The notes beneath the pieces are model-generated. The model was not told the origin of the DNA. It did not search any database and saw nothing but the letters and a program-made list of their open reading frames with translations. Below are positions 28,561 through 38,474 of a stretch of 64,000 bases of DNA, piece after piece. The DNA comes from Candidatus Nomurabacteria bacterium (GTDB lineage Bacteria > Patescibacteriota > Dojkabacteria > SC72 > JAHDCA01). Both the position numbers and the translations under genes were made by a program. Each line of letters opens with the position of its first letter. The first letter of the stretch is position 1. The stretch covers positions 7,299 to 71,298 of the forward strand of contig JACKFQ010000002.1 in the NCBI GenBank assembly GCA_020632395.1, in the 5' to 3' direction.

Positions 28561-31183
28561 TATATGTCGTTTCTACAGGTGGTGGAGGTGGTTCAACCGG
28601 TGGATCTTCTACATTCTGTTCTCTACCTAAAGCAGCCTCGATATCAAGTAATCCATATCCAAATTGGATATCAAAACCTGCATCGCCAAGATCAATCGCG
28701 GAATTTCGTAAAGCTGCCGAGATCTCGTCTACACTAGCAGTTGGTGTATCTGACCATAAAAGTGCAGCAGCAGCAGCAACCTGAGGAGCAGCAAAACTTG
28801 TTCCGTAACCAGTACCAGGAGATGAAGTTGAAGAGAAACTCTGGAATAGATTTGGGTTTGTTTCGTCAGAACAGGTATTGGGGGTGGTACCGCTACAGGT
28901 ATACCTAATAGATGAAGCTCCAGCGCCGGTTGTATCTCCAGCGGGAGCGACAATGTCGATCACGCTACCATAATTTGAGTATTCGGCACGATTATTTAAG
29001 TTGTCAGTAGCTCCAACAACAAAAGCATCTGGTGCATTTGCAGGAAAATATAGGGATGCGTCATCATTCTCGTTCCCTGCAGCGACAATTGTAAGTACAC
29101 CTGCATTTTTAGCATTTGTTATTGCTGTTTCCACGCCGAAATCTTGACCCTGTCCTCCTAAACTCATATTCAGGATCTTTGCTCCATTAGATACAGCATA
29201 ATTGATAGCATCAATTATAGTTGTAGTAAGAGCGATAACCCGACTATCGTACAAAGGATATGAGCAGGTGGGATCAGGAAGTCCACTCGGTGTCTCACAT
29301 AGGGAGGTATCATTCTGGGAAAATACTTTTATTGGCATGATCGATACATTGTGAGCTATACCTACCACACGATTTGGAGAAGCGTCTGATGTATCTGCAG
29401 CGATTATCCCTGTCACAAAAGTTCCGTGTCCGTGATCATCGTTTGCATGGTCTATCTTTGTTATCTCTGTTGCATTACATGGTGTAGCACCTACAACTTG
29501 TCTAAGGGTATTACATACATAATCTTGCCATGAGTCATATGGCGATACAAAATTCACATTCGACAACTCAGGATTTGCACGATAAACTCTATCGTAACCT
29601 TCATTGAATATCGAATTTGGAGTAGAGGTTGCTGGGATCTCCTGTGGATAGATCGGGTCAGAACCTACATATTCGATACTGTAAGATCCACCAGCATCAT
29701 AATCAAAATCTTCATACGCAACACCAGTATCAATAACTGCAACTATCACAGAAGGATCACCGCCACAGCTATTATCTGATATACACCCCCCGAGATCGCT
29801 CCAAACTTCCGGCAACATAACTTTCTGAAAGTTCCAATGAACAGTGGGGTCGTAGTCGGATGGAACTGCTCTAGTAGGATCGGTATTGTTCCATGATCGG
29901 AGTCTGTATATATAATTTGGTTGGATCACACTTTTACCTTCGATCGTATTGATCTCTTGAATTACTTGATTCGCAATGCTCTGATCAACTAACGCGGTAT
30001 CAATCTTCGAATCATTGTTTGAATCAAAAACTTCAGCACCTGCTTTCTCAAGAACATTGCCTAAAACTGCCGATTCACCTGTCACGATAAGTTGTACCTC
30101 TCCATTGATCTTCAAAACCTCTTTGCCATTTATCGGATCGTCAATGATCTCGTCAAAATCTCCCCTCAGTGCATTTAACTGTGTTTCGACATCATTTGTG
30201 AGATCGTTAAATGAACTTGAATCCATGACATTATGGAATTCGATACGGTCATTGGACAAACTATTAACATCTGCCAAAACTTTAAGTGTACCGATCAAGA
30301 CATCTCCGATCAATTCAGCATAGTTATCTGATACTTCTACAACGATAGAGATCCTATCACCCGTACCGACATTTTGTAGTCCTGTGACGCCATTTCCTCC
30401 AGTCCTTCCCTCATAGAGGACTGCATCTTCTGTCAATATATAATTGTATGCAATATCCCCCCATGTTTCGTCGATAGCACAGGCAACAGGTGCATAACCT
30501 TCTGTATATCTACATTTGTTTGATTGCATATCATATAGCGTCCGAACTCGATCGACCGAACGAGCTTCTCCGATCCGTGGCATTGGGAAAATATCTATAC
30601 CCTTGATATCCTGGATCTCCGCCGGTTCACTCACCTCACCGCCTATCCAAACATCCCTTGCGATCACTTGGACACCGTTCTCAGTTAGAAACTTAGTGTC
30701 TGAATACCCCTTATTGTCAGATGCCCCTAAGACCAATCCCTGATCCATACCCTCCAATGACATTGCTAGTAAGCCACTTTTCATAAAGTTGATCTCTGGC
30801 ATAGGGGTGCCTTCTGGTCTGTAAAGAGTGATCTTGTCGATATCTGGTCCTATCAAGATGTTCTCCGAACTCTTATTGACAGGACTATCACCGATCACAG
30901 AGGGCTGAACCCCAAACTTGCTTATAACTTCGATATCGCCTTGTGACATCGAGATCATCATGCTACTCAGTTGATCACCCACAAGATACATTGCATTTGC
31001 GCCATCTTCAGGGATGAAAGTGAAAGTATCATAGTCTAACGATGGTTCGATGGATCGTTCGGTAGTCACCCCAAAGAAAAGTTCTGGGTCATCCTCCACC
31101 AAGTAAGTTGTGATGAAGAAAGCTATGGGTACAGCAACCCATACTAATAATGTTGTTGTATATTTTCGTAAGTCAGATAGCAT
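27422..31183 (-). CDS. Membrane-anchored subtilisin-like (S8) serine protease with four C-terminal tandem repeats of about 95 aa
   Basis: Catalytic triad motifs VIDTGVAYEDFD (Asp), DDHGHGTFVTG (His) and GTSFAAPQVAAAAAL (Ser); an N-terminal TM anchor; the C-terminal repeats are described separately. Confidence 0.8.
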   Translation of the reverse strand: MLSDLRKYTTTLLVWVAVPIAFFITTYLVEDDPELFFGVTTERSIEPSLDYDTFTFIPEDGANAMYLVGDQLSSMMISMSQGDIEVISKFGVQPSVIGDSPVNKSSENILIGPDIDKITLYRPEGTPMPEINFMKSGLLAMSLEGMDQGLVLGASDNKGYSDTKFLTENGVQVIARDVWIGGEVSEPAEIQDIKGIDIFPMPRIGEARSVDRVRTLYDMQSNKCRYTEGYAPVACAIDETWGDIAYNYILTEDAVLYEGRTGGNGVTGLQNVGTGDRISIVVEVSDNYAELIGDVLIGTLKVLADVNSLSNDRIEFHNVMDSSSFNDLTNDVETQLNALRGDFDEIIDDPINGKEVLKINGEVQLIVTGESAVLGNVLEKAGAEVFDSNNDSKIDTALVDQSIANQVIQEINTIEGKSVIQPNYIYRLRSWNNTDPTRAVPSDYDPTVHWNFQKVMLPEVWSDLGGCISDNSCGGDPSVIVAVIDTGVAYEDFDYDAGGSYSIEYVGSDPIYPQEIPATSTPNSIFNEGYDRVYRANPELSNVNFVSPYDSWQDYVCNTLRQVVGATPCNATEITKIDHANDDHGHGTFVTGIIAADTSDASPNRVVGIAHNVSIMPIKVFSQNDTSLCETPSGLPDPTCSYPLYDSRVIALTTTIIDAINYAVSNGAKILNMSLGGQGQDFGVETAITNAKNAGVLTIVAAGNENDDASLYFPANAPDAFVVGATDNLNNRAEYSNYGSVIDIVAPAGDTTGAGASSIRYTCSGTTPNTCSDETNPNLFQSFSSTSSPGTGYGTSFAAPQVAAAAALLWSDTPTASVDEISAALRNSAIDLGDAGFDIQFGYGLLDIEAALGREQNVEDPPVEPPPPPVETTYTKYFTWYDTKYSDRLAWILIGNPSTTSSLTANIKIGSVVNSNYTVPAGGKVTPSWTGIQTGPVEISSSKDFYASQRVSFSGSFNEFAAIDSASLTNKYYFTWYDTSRSNRQAWILIGNPSTTQTASVNVKIGNQINQNYTIPAGGRITPSFTGIKNGPVVVTSNINVYTTQRVNYENSFNEYAGIPSSSLTNKYYFTWYDTIRSNRLAWILIGNPSSSQSAYVNVKIGNSVNQNFSIPPGGKVTPEWNGIQNGPVVVTSDINVYTTQRVSYEGSFNEYPGIASNTLSKQFYFTWYDTSRPDRLAWILIGNPSTTTTATVNIKIGNVVNQSYSIPPGGRITPAYPNIKDGPVVITSNVNVYTTQRVSYQGSFNEYAGIVQ

Positions 31184-31335
31184 TTATAAATAATAACCGA
31201 TTGCGACGAGAAAACAAAGTGATCCAAACTTATAACTTCACATGAGAAGCAAATTCAATTATAAAGTATAGGAATTTCTAGTATGAAAATGTCTTTTAAA
31301 TATTCGATGTAAATAATTTGTGGATCTTAAAAATT

Positions 31336-33105
31336 ATGTGTGGAATATTTGGTTATATCGGAAAGGGACCTGCTGCAAATAACATTCGTGAAGGCCTTAA
31401 GAGATTAGAATATCGTGGATATGACTCATGGGGTATAGCTGTATTAGAGGATGGGAACATTCAAGTCCAGAAGCAGGTAGGTACGATCTCTAAGGTAGAT
31501 AGCGAAAAGCTGTCTTCAAAAGCTGTTATCGGTGTAGGGCATACACGATGGGCAACTCATGGAGGAGTCACAGAGATCAATGCACATCCTCATATCTCAA
31601 CTGACGGAAGCTTTACGCTTGCCCAAAATGGGATAGTTGAAAATTACCAAGAGTTAAAAAAAGACCTTATAAATAAAGGGTACGAATTCAGATCCCAAAC
31701 AGATACTGAGGTCATCGTCAGATTGGTAGAGGAGAAATTACGCACCGAAAAAGATCTTGTGACAGCAACTCGTTTGGCTTTTAATCTACTCGAGGGCAGG
31801 AACACAATTATCTTGCTGGATCGAAACGAGAACAGGATAATCGCCATCCGAAATGGCTCACCACTTGTCATTGGTATTCATGGCAATGAATATTATCTTG
31901 CATCTGACACGCTGTCTTTTGCGGATAAGACCAACAACATAGTTCAGATGAAAAATCTTGAGATGGTTGTTGCTCATCCAACAGGAATCAAGAAATTTGA
32001 TGCGGTAACAGGAAAAGAGGTCGAGGTGATCATAGAGGAAGTGGACATTGAGGACAGTAAGATCGACAAAGAAGGTTTTCAACATTTCATGTTAAAGGAA
32101 ATTGTAGAACAGCAAGATTCCATCATCAATGCGGTACAATATACAGATGAAGAATTGCAACCTCTACTAGATGCTATCAGACAGGCAGAGACTGTCTATA
32201 CTATCGGTGCAGGTACGGCTTCTTTCAGTGCAGGACAGATCGCTTGGGCACTCCGCAATATCGCTGAGATCAAGGCTATTGATCTGAAGTCTTATGAGAT
32301 ATCGGGTTACCGAAATCTCTTTTCTGAGAAAGATATTGTTATCGTTGTAAGTCAAAGTGGAGAAACAGCAGACACTATAGAAGCTGTTGAGATCGCCAAA
32401 GAACATGGAGTAAAGATTGTTAGTATAGTAAATATGCTTGGCTCTACGATCAGCAGGATATCCGATCTAGCCTATTACTCCCGATCTGGTCCCGAGATAT
32501 GTGTAGCCTCCACAAAAGCCTTCACCGCACAGGTAGCTTGGGGCACACTCGTAGCATCAGCATTAGTTGGAAGATCTGGAGAGTATAAGAAAGAGATACG
32601 ACAACTAAGTAGCAACCTCAAAGATCAATTCACCGAAGATACTTTTGATCAATACCGAGATCTAGCCAAAAAGCTAAAGAAAAAAGAGCATTTCTTTGTA
32701 CTAGGTCGTGATTCTAACTATTATATTGCACTTGAAGGAGCATTGAAGATAAAGGAGATCACTTACAAACACTTTGAAGGTTTTGCTGCAGGTGAATTGA
32801 AACACGGAGTGATCGCTCTGATCGACAAAGATACTCCTGTATTTATCATCACACCTACTGGAGAACAGAAAGCGGATCTACTTTCTGCGGCAGCTGAGGT
32901 AAAAGCTCGTGGGGCTAATGTAATCGGTATCGGTGTTGAATCAAACGAATTATTTGATGTACATCTCAAAACCAATAACATCGGGTCGACCGATCCCATA
33001 TCAAATGTTATACCATTTCAGTTGATCGCATATTTCCTTGGAGTTGAATTAGGTACTGATCCCGATAGACCACGAAATCTAGCAAAAAGTGTGACGGTAA
33101 AGTAG
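31336..33105 (+). CDS. glmS: Glutamine--fructose-6-phosphate aminotransferase
   Basis: N-terminal MCGIFGYIG (catalytic Cys2 after Met removal), two SIS domains, C-terminal ...AKSVTVK. The ORF-track start at 31318 is probably an upstream in-frame extension. Confidence 0.9.
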   Translation: MCGIFGYIGKGPAANNIREGLKRLEYRGYDSWGIAVLEDGNIQVQKQVGTISKVDSEKLSSKAVIGVGHTRWATHGGVTEINAHPHISTDGSFTLAQNGIVENYQELKKDLINKGYEFRSQTDTEVIVRLVEEKLRTEKDLVTATRLAFNLLEGRNTIILLDRNENRIIAIRNGSPLVIGIHGNEYYLASDTLSFADKTNNIVQMKNLEMVVAHPTGIKKFDAVTGKEVEVIIEEVDIEDSKIDKEGFQHFMLKEIVEQQDSIINAVQYTDEELQPLLDAIRQAETVYTIGAGTASFSAGQIAWALRNIAEIKAIDLKSYEISGYRNLFSEKDIVIVVSQSGETADTIEAVEIAKEHGVKIVSIVNMLGSTISRISDLAYYSRSGPEICVASTKAFTAQVAWGTLVASALVGRSGEYKKEIRQLSSNLKDQFTEDTFDQYRDLAKKLKKKEHFFVLGRDSNYYIALEGALKIKEITYKHFEGFAAGELKHGVIALIDKDTPVFIITPTGEQKADLLSAAAEVKARGANVIGIGVESNELFDVHLKTNNIGSTDPISNVIPFQLIAYFLGVELGTDPDRPRNLAKSVTVK

Positions 33106-33275
33106 TTAATGCCAGTTTAACAACCAACAACAGGAAACGAACAAGAAATCTTCCGGATTCGTCCGATAGAGTTGATATGATGTCATAATCATCTTGAGTG
33201 ATGTATTAGAGCTATAAAGATCAAACTGATCCTATATTGCACGAAACATTTACAAGATAGGGACATTTTCTATTC

Positions 33276-33707
33276 TCAGACTTTATCTCTGCGATAACCT
33301 AGATATTGTACGATACATATCAAAACTATCACTAATGCACTTCCCCAGCACCAAATACAAATATCTCCGATCACAAAGAATTCTAAATATCTCAGATATA
33401 ATGTATATGCCACACCAAAGACCAGAACAGAGAACATCAGTTTATCAAGCAATCTGTCAGATATATTCATCCTGAGATAGGCAAGGAGGATGATCAACCC
33501 ATAAAATGCGAATCCATATGCAGAAACCGGAACCCCGAACATTTTTCCATATTCACCGGAAATTACTGATTCACATCCTGTAAAACATACAACGCCTGTT
33601 GCTGTGACTGTGGCATTCCAGAGATAGAGACTGATGAATGCACCAACAGGCGCCAAGAGCAGTGTAGCTGAATCAGCCTGATATTTGTTTATAGATAGGC
33701 TTTTCAT
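33276..33707 (-). CDS. Vitamin K epoxide reductase (VKOR)-family thiol-oxidoreductase (DsbB functional analogue)
   Basis: Loop Cys pair VCFTGC followed by ESVISGEYGKMFGVPVSAYGFAFYG (VKOR consensus) and the TM active site CIWC. Confidence 0.65.
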   Translation of the reverse strand: MKSLSINKYQADSATLLLAPVGAFISLYLWNATVTATGVVCFTGCESVISGEYGKMFGVPVSAYGFAFYGLIILLAYLRMNISDRLLDKLMFSVLVFGVAYTLYLRYLEFFVIGDICIWCWGSALVIVLICIVQYLGYRRDKV

Positions 33708-33712
33708 AATAT

Positions 33713-34495
33713 TTATTGGGCTAAATATTCTTCTATGATCTTTTGGAATTCAGAAAATGGATATGCCCCTGCTATCAATTTCCCAGATACAGTTCCATCA
33801 TCACTCAATCGACCGATTATAAAACCGGGTGTTCCATTCACACCAGATGCTAGACCATCTGCTTCATCTGCATCGATCTCATCAAAATATCTCTCTGAAT
33901 CGAAACAGGATGCAAATTCATCCACATTTAGATCCAGATCACCTGCCCACTTCACATAGCTTTCTTTTGATGCTGATGAAACGGCGTTCGTAAATAGGAT
34001 ATCATGATATTCGAAATACACCTCATCACCACCCTGTTCTCTTGCACAATTCGCAGCTAACGCAGCCGGTTTAGCTTGAGGATGAAACCCTAATGGATAA
34101 TCCCTAAAAACATAGATCACTTCACCTGTATCAATATACTGATCTACGATCTGATAGTAGGTATCGGAAAAGTGACGTTGACAGTATGGACATTCAAAAT
34201 CTGAGAATTCAATTATCGCAACCTTCGCAGAATCAACATCACCATTTATTGGATCGTCATCGATAGATCCGACTGTATCAGTAAACTGTACCTGCTCGGT
34301 AGGTTCTGGTACATCTGCTACACCTTGTACAGAGGGCTGTGTAGGTGAAGCGACATCACCGTTAGATCTGTATGAAAGAAAGAGTGTCCCACCGATCAGA
34401 GTACCTGCAACCAAGATGGCCATAGGGGTAAGAAGTTTATTAAGATCAATAGTAAACAAGATCTCATCCTTTGGATCAACTTTTGTTGGAGGCAT
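33713..34495 (-). CDS. DsbA-like thioredoxin-fold protein, membrane-anchored
   Basis: FSDFECPYCQRHF (CPYC active site), an N-terminal TM segment, adjacent to the VKOR gene. Confidence 0.75.
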   Translation of the reverse strand: MPPTKVDPKDEILFTIDLNKLLTPMAILVAGTLIGGTLFLSYRSNGDVASPTQPSVQGVADVPEPTEQVQFTDTVGSIDDDPINGDVDSAKVAIIEFSDFECPYCQRHFSDTYYQIVDQYIDTGEVIYVFRDYPLGFHPQAKPAALAANCAREQGGDEVYFEYHDILFTNAVSSASKESYVKWAGDLDLNVDEFASCFDSERYFDEIDADEADGLASGVNGTPGFIIGRLSDDGTVSGKLIAGAYPFSEFQKIIEEYLAQ

Positions 34496-34574
34496 GCAAA
34501 TCTAGTGAAAAATAAACTTGAACAGTAATGAAATATTACCATGTATAGACAACCCATGCTACAATCACCCTGCG

Positions 34575-37500
34575 ATGAAACCTCAACTAGATCTACCTAC
34601 AGTAGCGATAATTCTTACAGTACTAAGCTTCTTGCTTACTGTCTTTTCGATCACCAGAAATCGCATTCTCTGGTCTATGGGATTGCGAAATGCATTCAAA
34701 AGAAAATCTACAACCCTCCTACTGATAATCGGATCTCTTGTCGGTACAGCACTTATCACCGGATCACAGGTGATAAACGACTCCTTCCAATATACTTCTC
34801 GCTCAGCATTAGAAGACTCTCTCGGAGAAGTGGATGCAACGGTCAGATCACAAATTCCTACTGGCTTCAATCGTGCTGAGTTGAATCGATTAGAAAAAGA
34901 ATTACGTAAATTAGATTCTGTGGATGATGTAGCCGATCTGAATGTTTACGAAGTATCTCTACAGAAAGTAGTCAACGGAGAGAAACTTAGCCTAAAAAGC
35001 AATGTCAAACTCTCAGCAGCTAATTGGGAGATATTGAACAATTTTGGTGATGATCCATCTCTTAATGAGGCGATCAGAGAACCAGAGAGTGGCAAAGCCT
35101 ATATCACCCAAGATCTTGCGCGATCATTAGATATCAAGAAAGGCGATCTGCTGTCTGTATATGTTACAGGTAGTGAACTACAGGTCGAGGTTCAGGAATT
35201 GATCAAAGGGTCAGGGGTCACAGGTCCTTCACAGGCTGGTCATCTGATCGTTAATAAGCACGATATTCAGATGTTACTAAACCTTCTACCTGATTCGGCA
35301 AATACATTATATGTATCCCATGTAGGAGGAATACTACCTGACGACTCTTATGATCCTGACCAATTCACAAGTGAGATCGAAGATGCCGTAGTTGATGCAA
35401 ACCTACGCGAAGGTAGTTACGAGGTCATTGAGCAGAAAGATACTTTACAGCAGAGAGTCACAGGCAATGGTACAGACGTGATATTTACTGCAATGAGTAT
35501 TTTTGGAGCATTTGCTGGTGCATTGTTGATAGTAAACATTTTCCTTATGCTTGCAGAAGAAAGAAAATCTGAGATGGGGATATTGCGAGCTATTGGACTT
35601 AGCCGTGCAGATCTGATCAAAGCATTTTTATATGAAGGGATGATCTATGCTTCTTTATCATCATTGGCAGGGATGGTTGTAGGTATTGGGATCGGTTACC
35701 TGATCGTGATGATCATCTCACAGATCTTAGGACAATTCCTTTCGATTTTTGGCGTAAATGCACAGATCTTATTTGACGTGACAACTAACAGTCTTCTTGT
35801 ATCTTTCTCTGCGGGTTTCTTGTTCACTTTCATCACGACACTAATGGCTAGTTACTTTATAAGTAATGTAAATATCGTTTCAGCGATCCGTGACATCCCT
35901 GAAGAGAAGTTAGAGACGAAATTTAAATCACTGATCAGATGGTCTTATCGGATGATTTTAGTAATTATTGGTGTAACGATGTATTCCTATGCCGGGAAAC
36001 TCCAAGAAAATGCATCCGAAGGTATGAATATTGAAGGTTCACTTCAATACATGGGAATAATCCTCACGATCATCGGTGCGATGTTGCTCATTACAAGGAT
36101 GATCCAACAAATATCTCATTCACGAACAGAACGACTACTAAACCGACTGATCGTCAGTATCAGCAGTCTATCTATCACGATCTATTCACTGTATGTAACA
36201 TCAAACGATACATACGTAGAGAGCTTACAGGAAAATCCCGTGTTCTTCTTCTTTGTGGGACTAGGTATCGTTATCGGAAGTGTTGTATTTGTTTCGTACA
36301 ACCTCGGGATACTCACATTCTTCATACAATTCATATTTCGACCTATGCGAAGGTTCATTGCCACCGTCACAGTCGCTGTAAAATACCCTGCATTTAGACC
36401 GACTAGGACGGGGATCACCTTAACTATCTATGCTGTGATACTGTTTCTCATTACATTCATCAGTATCCAACGAAGCTCACTCGACCTAGCACTTGAGCGA
36501 GGTAAGGACTCTGTACTTGGTTCATACGATGGGATCGTACTTATAACAACTCCTGAAAATATTGGTTCCGTGGAAACAGTATTAAAAAACGATCCAAACA
36601 CCGTCCTTGTGATCACTGGAAAAACTGTAAAGGCTGTCTTTCCTGATGAGCAGGTACAGTCCTTGTCCATGGAGATGGGGCCTCCAATACTAGGAGATGA
36701 GATAACTTCATATGTTGAGAATTTATATCTAGCATCAGACGAATATCTTGGATCGACACAGTTCAAATTCGGCGAAACCTATCAGAACATCACAGATGAC
36801 CAAGTTTGGGAGAAAATGAAGAATGAACCTGATGATTGGGTAATTCTTAGTGGGAAATACGGTATCGATCTACCTTTCTTCCCTAAATGGCAGGTTGGTG
36901 ACAAGATCTCTTTTGTAATACCCCCTTCAGAACAGAAGATCACACGCACGGTCTTAGCAAAGGTTGATTCTGAATTCGGAAGTAGACTTCCATACGGTGA
37001 CATTGTCTTATCTGCAAAAGGATTCCCTATCAGTACAGAGGAACTGGGTGGCTCATCAGATACGATACTATTCAGCTTGATCGAAAATGTTGACCCAGCA
37101 TCATATGCATCAATAAAGGATGAGATCGCAAAAGAAGGGGAGTTCAATCTCGTCATTGCCGAAGAAGTCATCACGACATTTCAAGCATTTATCAAACAGT
37201 TCATCTATCTTATGCAAGGATTTCTTAGCTTTGCATTATTAGTAGGTTTAGCTGGGCTTAGTATTATCATGCTCAGGTCTGTAAATGAACGTCGTCAGCA
37301 GATCGGTATGCTTCGAAGTTTAGGCTTTAGCAGGGGTATGATCCTAAATGCTTTTCTGATCGAGTCAAGTTTGATCGGATTGGCTGGTATAACAATAGGT
37401 TCTGTCACAGGACTCATTGGTGGCAACACACTTATTACAACGGTTACAGGGGATTTTGAAGGCTTTGAGGTAAATCTTCCATATATGGAAACATTCTTGA

Positions 37501-37601
37501 TCGGTTTAGTTATCTATATAGGGACAGTTATTTTTACAGCATGGCCTGCGATCAAGGCTGCCAGATTGCATCCTGTAGAAGCAACTAATTACCCAGAATG
37601 A
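34575..37601 (+). CDS. ABC transporter permease with two FtsX-like domains (MacB/DevC-type, about 1000 aa)
   Basis: Two blocks of 4 TM helices, each preceded by a large extracytoplasmic domain. The ORF-track start at 34518 is probably an artefact; 34575 (MKPQLDLPTV) was chosen. Confidence 0.65.
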   Translation: MKPQLDLPTVAIILTVLSFLLTVFSITRNRILWSMGLRNAFKRKSTTLLLIIGSLVGTALITGSQVINDSFQYTSRSALEDSLGEVDATVRSQIPTGFNRAELNRLEKELRKLDSVDDVADLNVYEVSLQKVVNGEKLSLKSNVKLSAANWEILNNFGDDPSLNEAIREPESGKAYITQDLARSLDIKKGDLLSVYVTGSELQVEVQELIKGSGVTGPSQAGHLIVNKHDIQMLLNLLPDSANTLYVSHVGGILPDDSYDPDQFTSEIEDAVVDANLREGSYEVIEQKDTLQQRVTGNGTDVIFTAMSIFGAFAGALLIVNIFLMLAEERKSEMGILRAIGLSRADLIKAFLYEGMIYASLSSLAGMVVGIGIGYLIVMIISQILGQFLSIFGVNAQILFDVTTNSLLVSFSAGFLFTFITTLMASYFISNVNIVSAIRDIPEEKLETKFKSLIRWSYRMILVIIGVTMYSYAGKLQENASEGMNIEGSLQYMGIILTIIGAMLLITRMIQQISHSRTERLLNRLIVSISSLSITIYSLYVTSNDTYVESLQENPVFFFFVGLGIVIGSVVFVSYNLGILTFFIQFIFRPMRRFIATVTVAVKYPAFRPTRTGITLTIYAVILFLITFISIQRSSLDLALERGKDSVLGSYDGIVLITTPENIGSVETVLKNDPNTVLVITGKTVKAVFPDEQVQSLSMEMGPPILGDEITSYVENLYLASDEYLGSTQFKFGETYQNITDDQVWEKMKNEPDDWVILSGKYGIDLPFFPKWQVGDKISFVIPPSEQKITRTVLAKVDSEFGSRLPYGDIVLSAKGFPISTEELGGSSDTILFSLIENVDPASYASIKDEIAKEGEFNLVIAEEVITTFQAFIKQFIYLMQGFLSFALLVGLAGLSIIMLRSVNERRQQIGMLRSLGFSRGMILNAFLIESSLIGLAGITIGSVTGLIGGNTLITTVTGDFEGFEVNLPYMETFLIGLVIYIGTVIFTAWPAIKAARLHPVEATNYPE

Positions 37602-37626
37602 TCATATAAACTTTATTTAGGAAATT

Positions 37627-38352
37627 ATGAAAAAACAGAAAAAGACCAGAAATAATAGTACAAAAAAGAAGCGAATATTCACCCTGAGAACTACCGATCT
37701 CTGGAAGATATACAATGAAGGCGACGATAATGAAGTAAACGCACTGCGTGGTGTATCTATAGAGATAGAAAAAGGCGAGGTAGTAGCAATAATGGGTGAA
37801 TCCGGTTCTGGAAAGACTACCCTACTCAACTGCGCTTCGGGTATAGATATTCCCACAAGAGGTGATGTATTTATCGCAGGTAAGAACATAGCAAATATGA
37901 AAGACAGTGTGCGGACTAAATATCGTGCTGAAAAGATGGGTTTTGTTTTTCAAACCTTTAATCTCATACCGGTTCTTTCATCCTTGGAGAATGTCGAATT
38001 GCCACTACTGATCACCAGACGAGAACCGAAAAGCTCCCGAATAAGGGCAAAGGAATTACTTGATCTAGTCGGATTGGGTGATAGATTGGATCATAAACCC
38101 TCTGAGCTTTCTGGTGGGCAACGTCAAAGAGTGACGATCGCTCGTGCCTTGGTCAACGAACCAGAGGTTATATGGGCTGATGAACCTACGGGAAATCTTG
38201 ATACTAAAACCGCTGATCAGATCATGGAACTCCTGATGGAGATCAATCGAAAGATGGGAACTACTATCGTCATGGTGACACATTCAAATCAGATAGCGAA
38301 GTTTGCACAAAGAAAGATACTGATGGATAGTGGTGCTATTGTATCTAGGTAA
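37627..38352 (+). CDS. ABC transporter ATP-binding protein (MacB/LolD-type)
   Basis: GESGSGKTTLL, LSGGQRQRV, IWADEPTGNLD. Confidence 0.85.
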   Translation: MKKQKKTRNNSTKKKRIFTLRTTDLWKIYNEGDDNEVNALRGVSIEIEKGEVVAIMGESGSGKTTLLNCASGIDIPTRGDVFIAGKNIANMKDSVRTKYRAEKMGFVFQTFNLIPVLSSLENVELPLLITRREPKSSRIRAKELLDLVGLGDRLDHKPSELSGGQRQRVTIARALVNEPEVIWADEPTGNLDTKTADQIMELLMEINRKMGTTIVMVTHSNQIAKFAQRKILMDSGAIVSR

Positions 38353-38474
38353 ATGACTCGAAACTGAAGAAGTATATGTATGCCTGTTGCACTATATTCG
38401 GTACCGTATCTGCACGATCAAAGCTCTAAGCTTTGTAGTCTGTAAAACTGATGAACAAAGTTGGGGTATTATTA

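Noticed and set aside
31184-31335. glmS ribozyme upstream of glmS
   Set aside because: The 150-nt leader is AT-rich and lacks the conserved GC-rich core of the glmS ribozyme. The element is also mainly a Firmicutes feature.
34518-34574. N-terminal 19-aa extension of the FtsX-type permease (MNSNEILPCIDNPCYNHPA)
   Set aside because: It precedes the basic/hydrophobic signal-anchor logic that starts at MKPQLDLPTV. It probably reflects the ORF caller picking an upstream ATG in the divergent promoter region.
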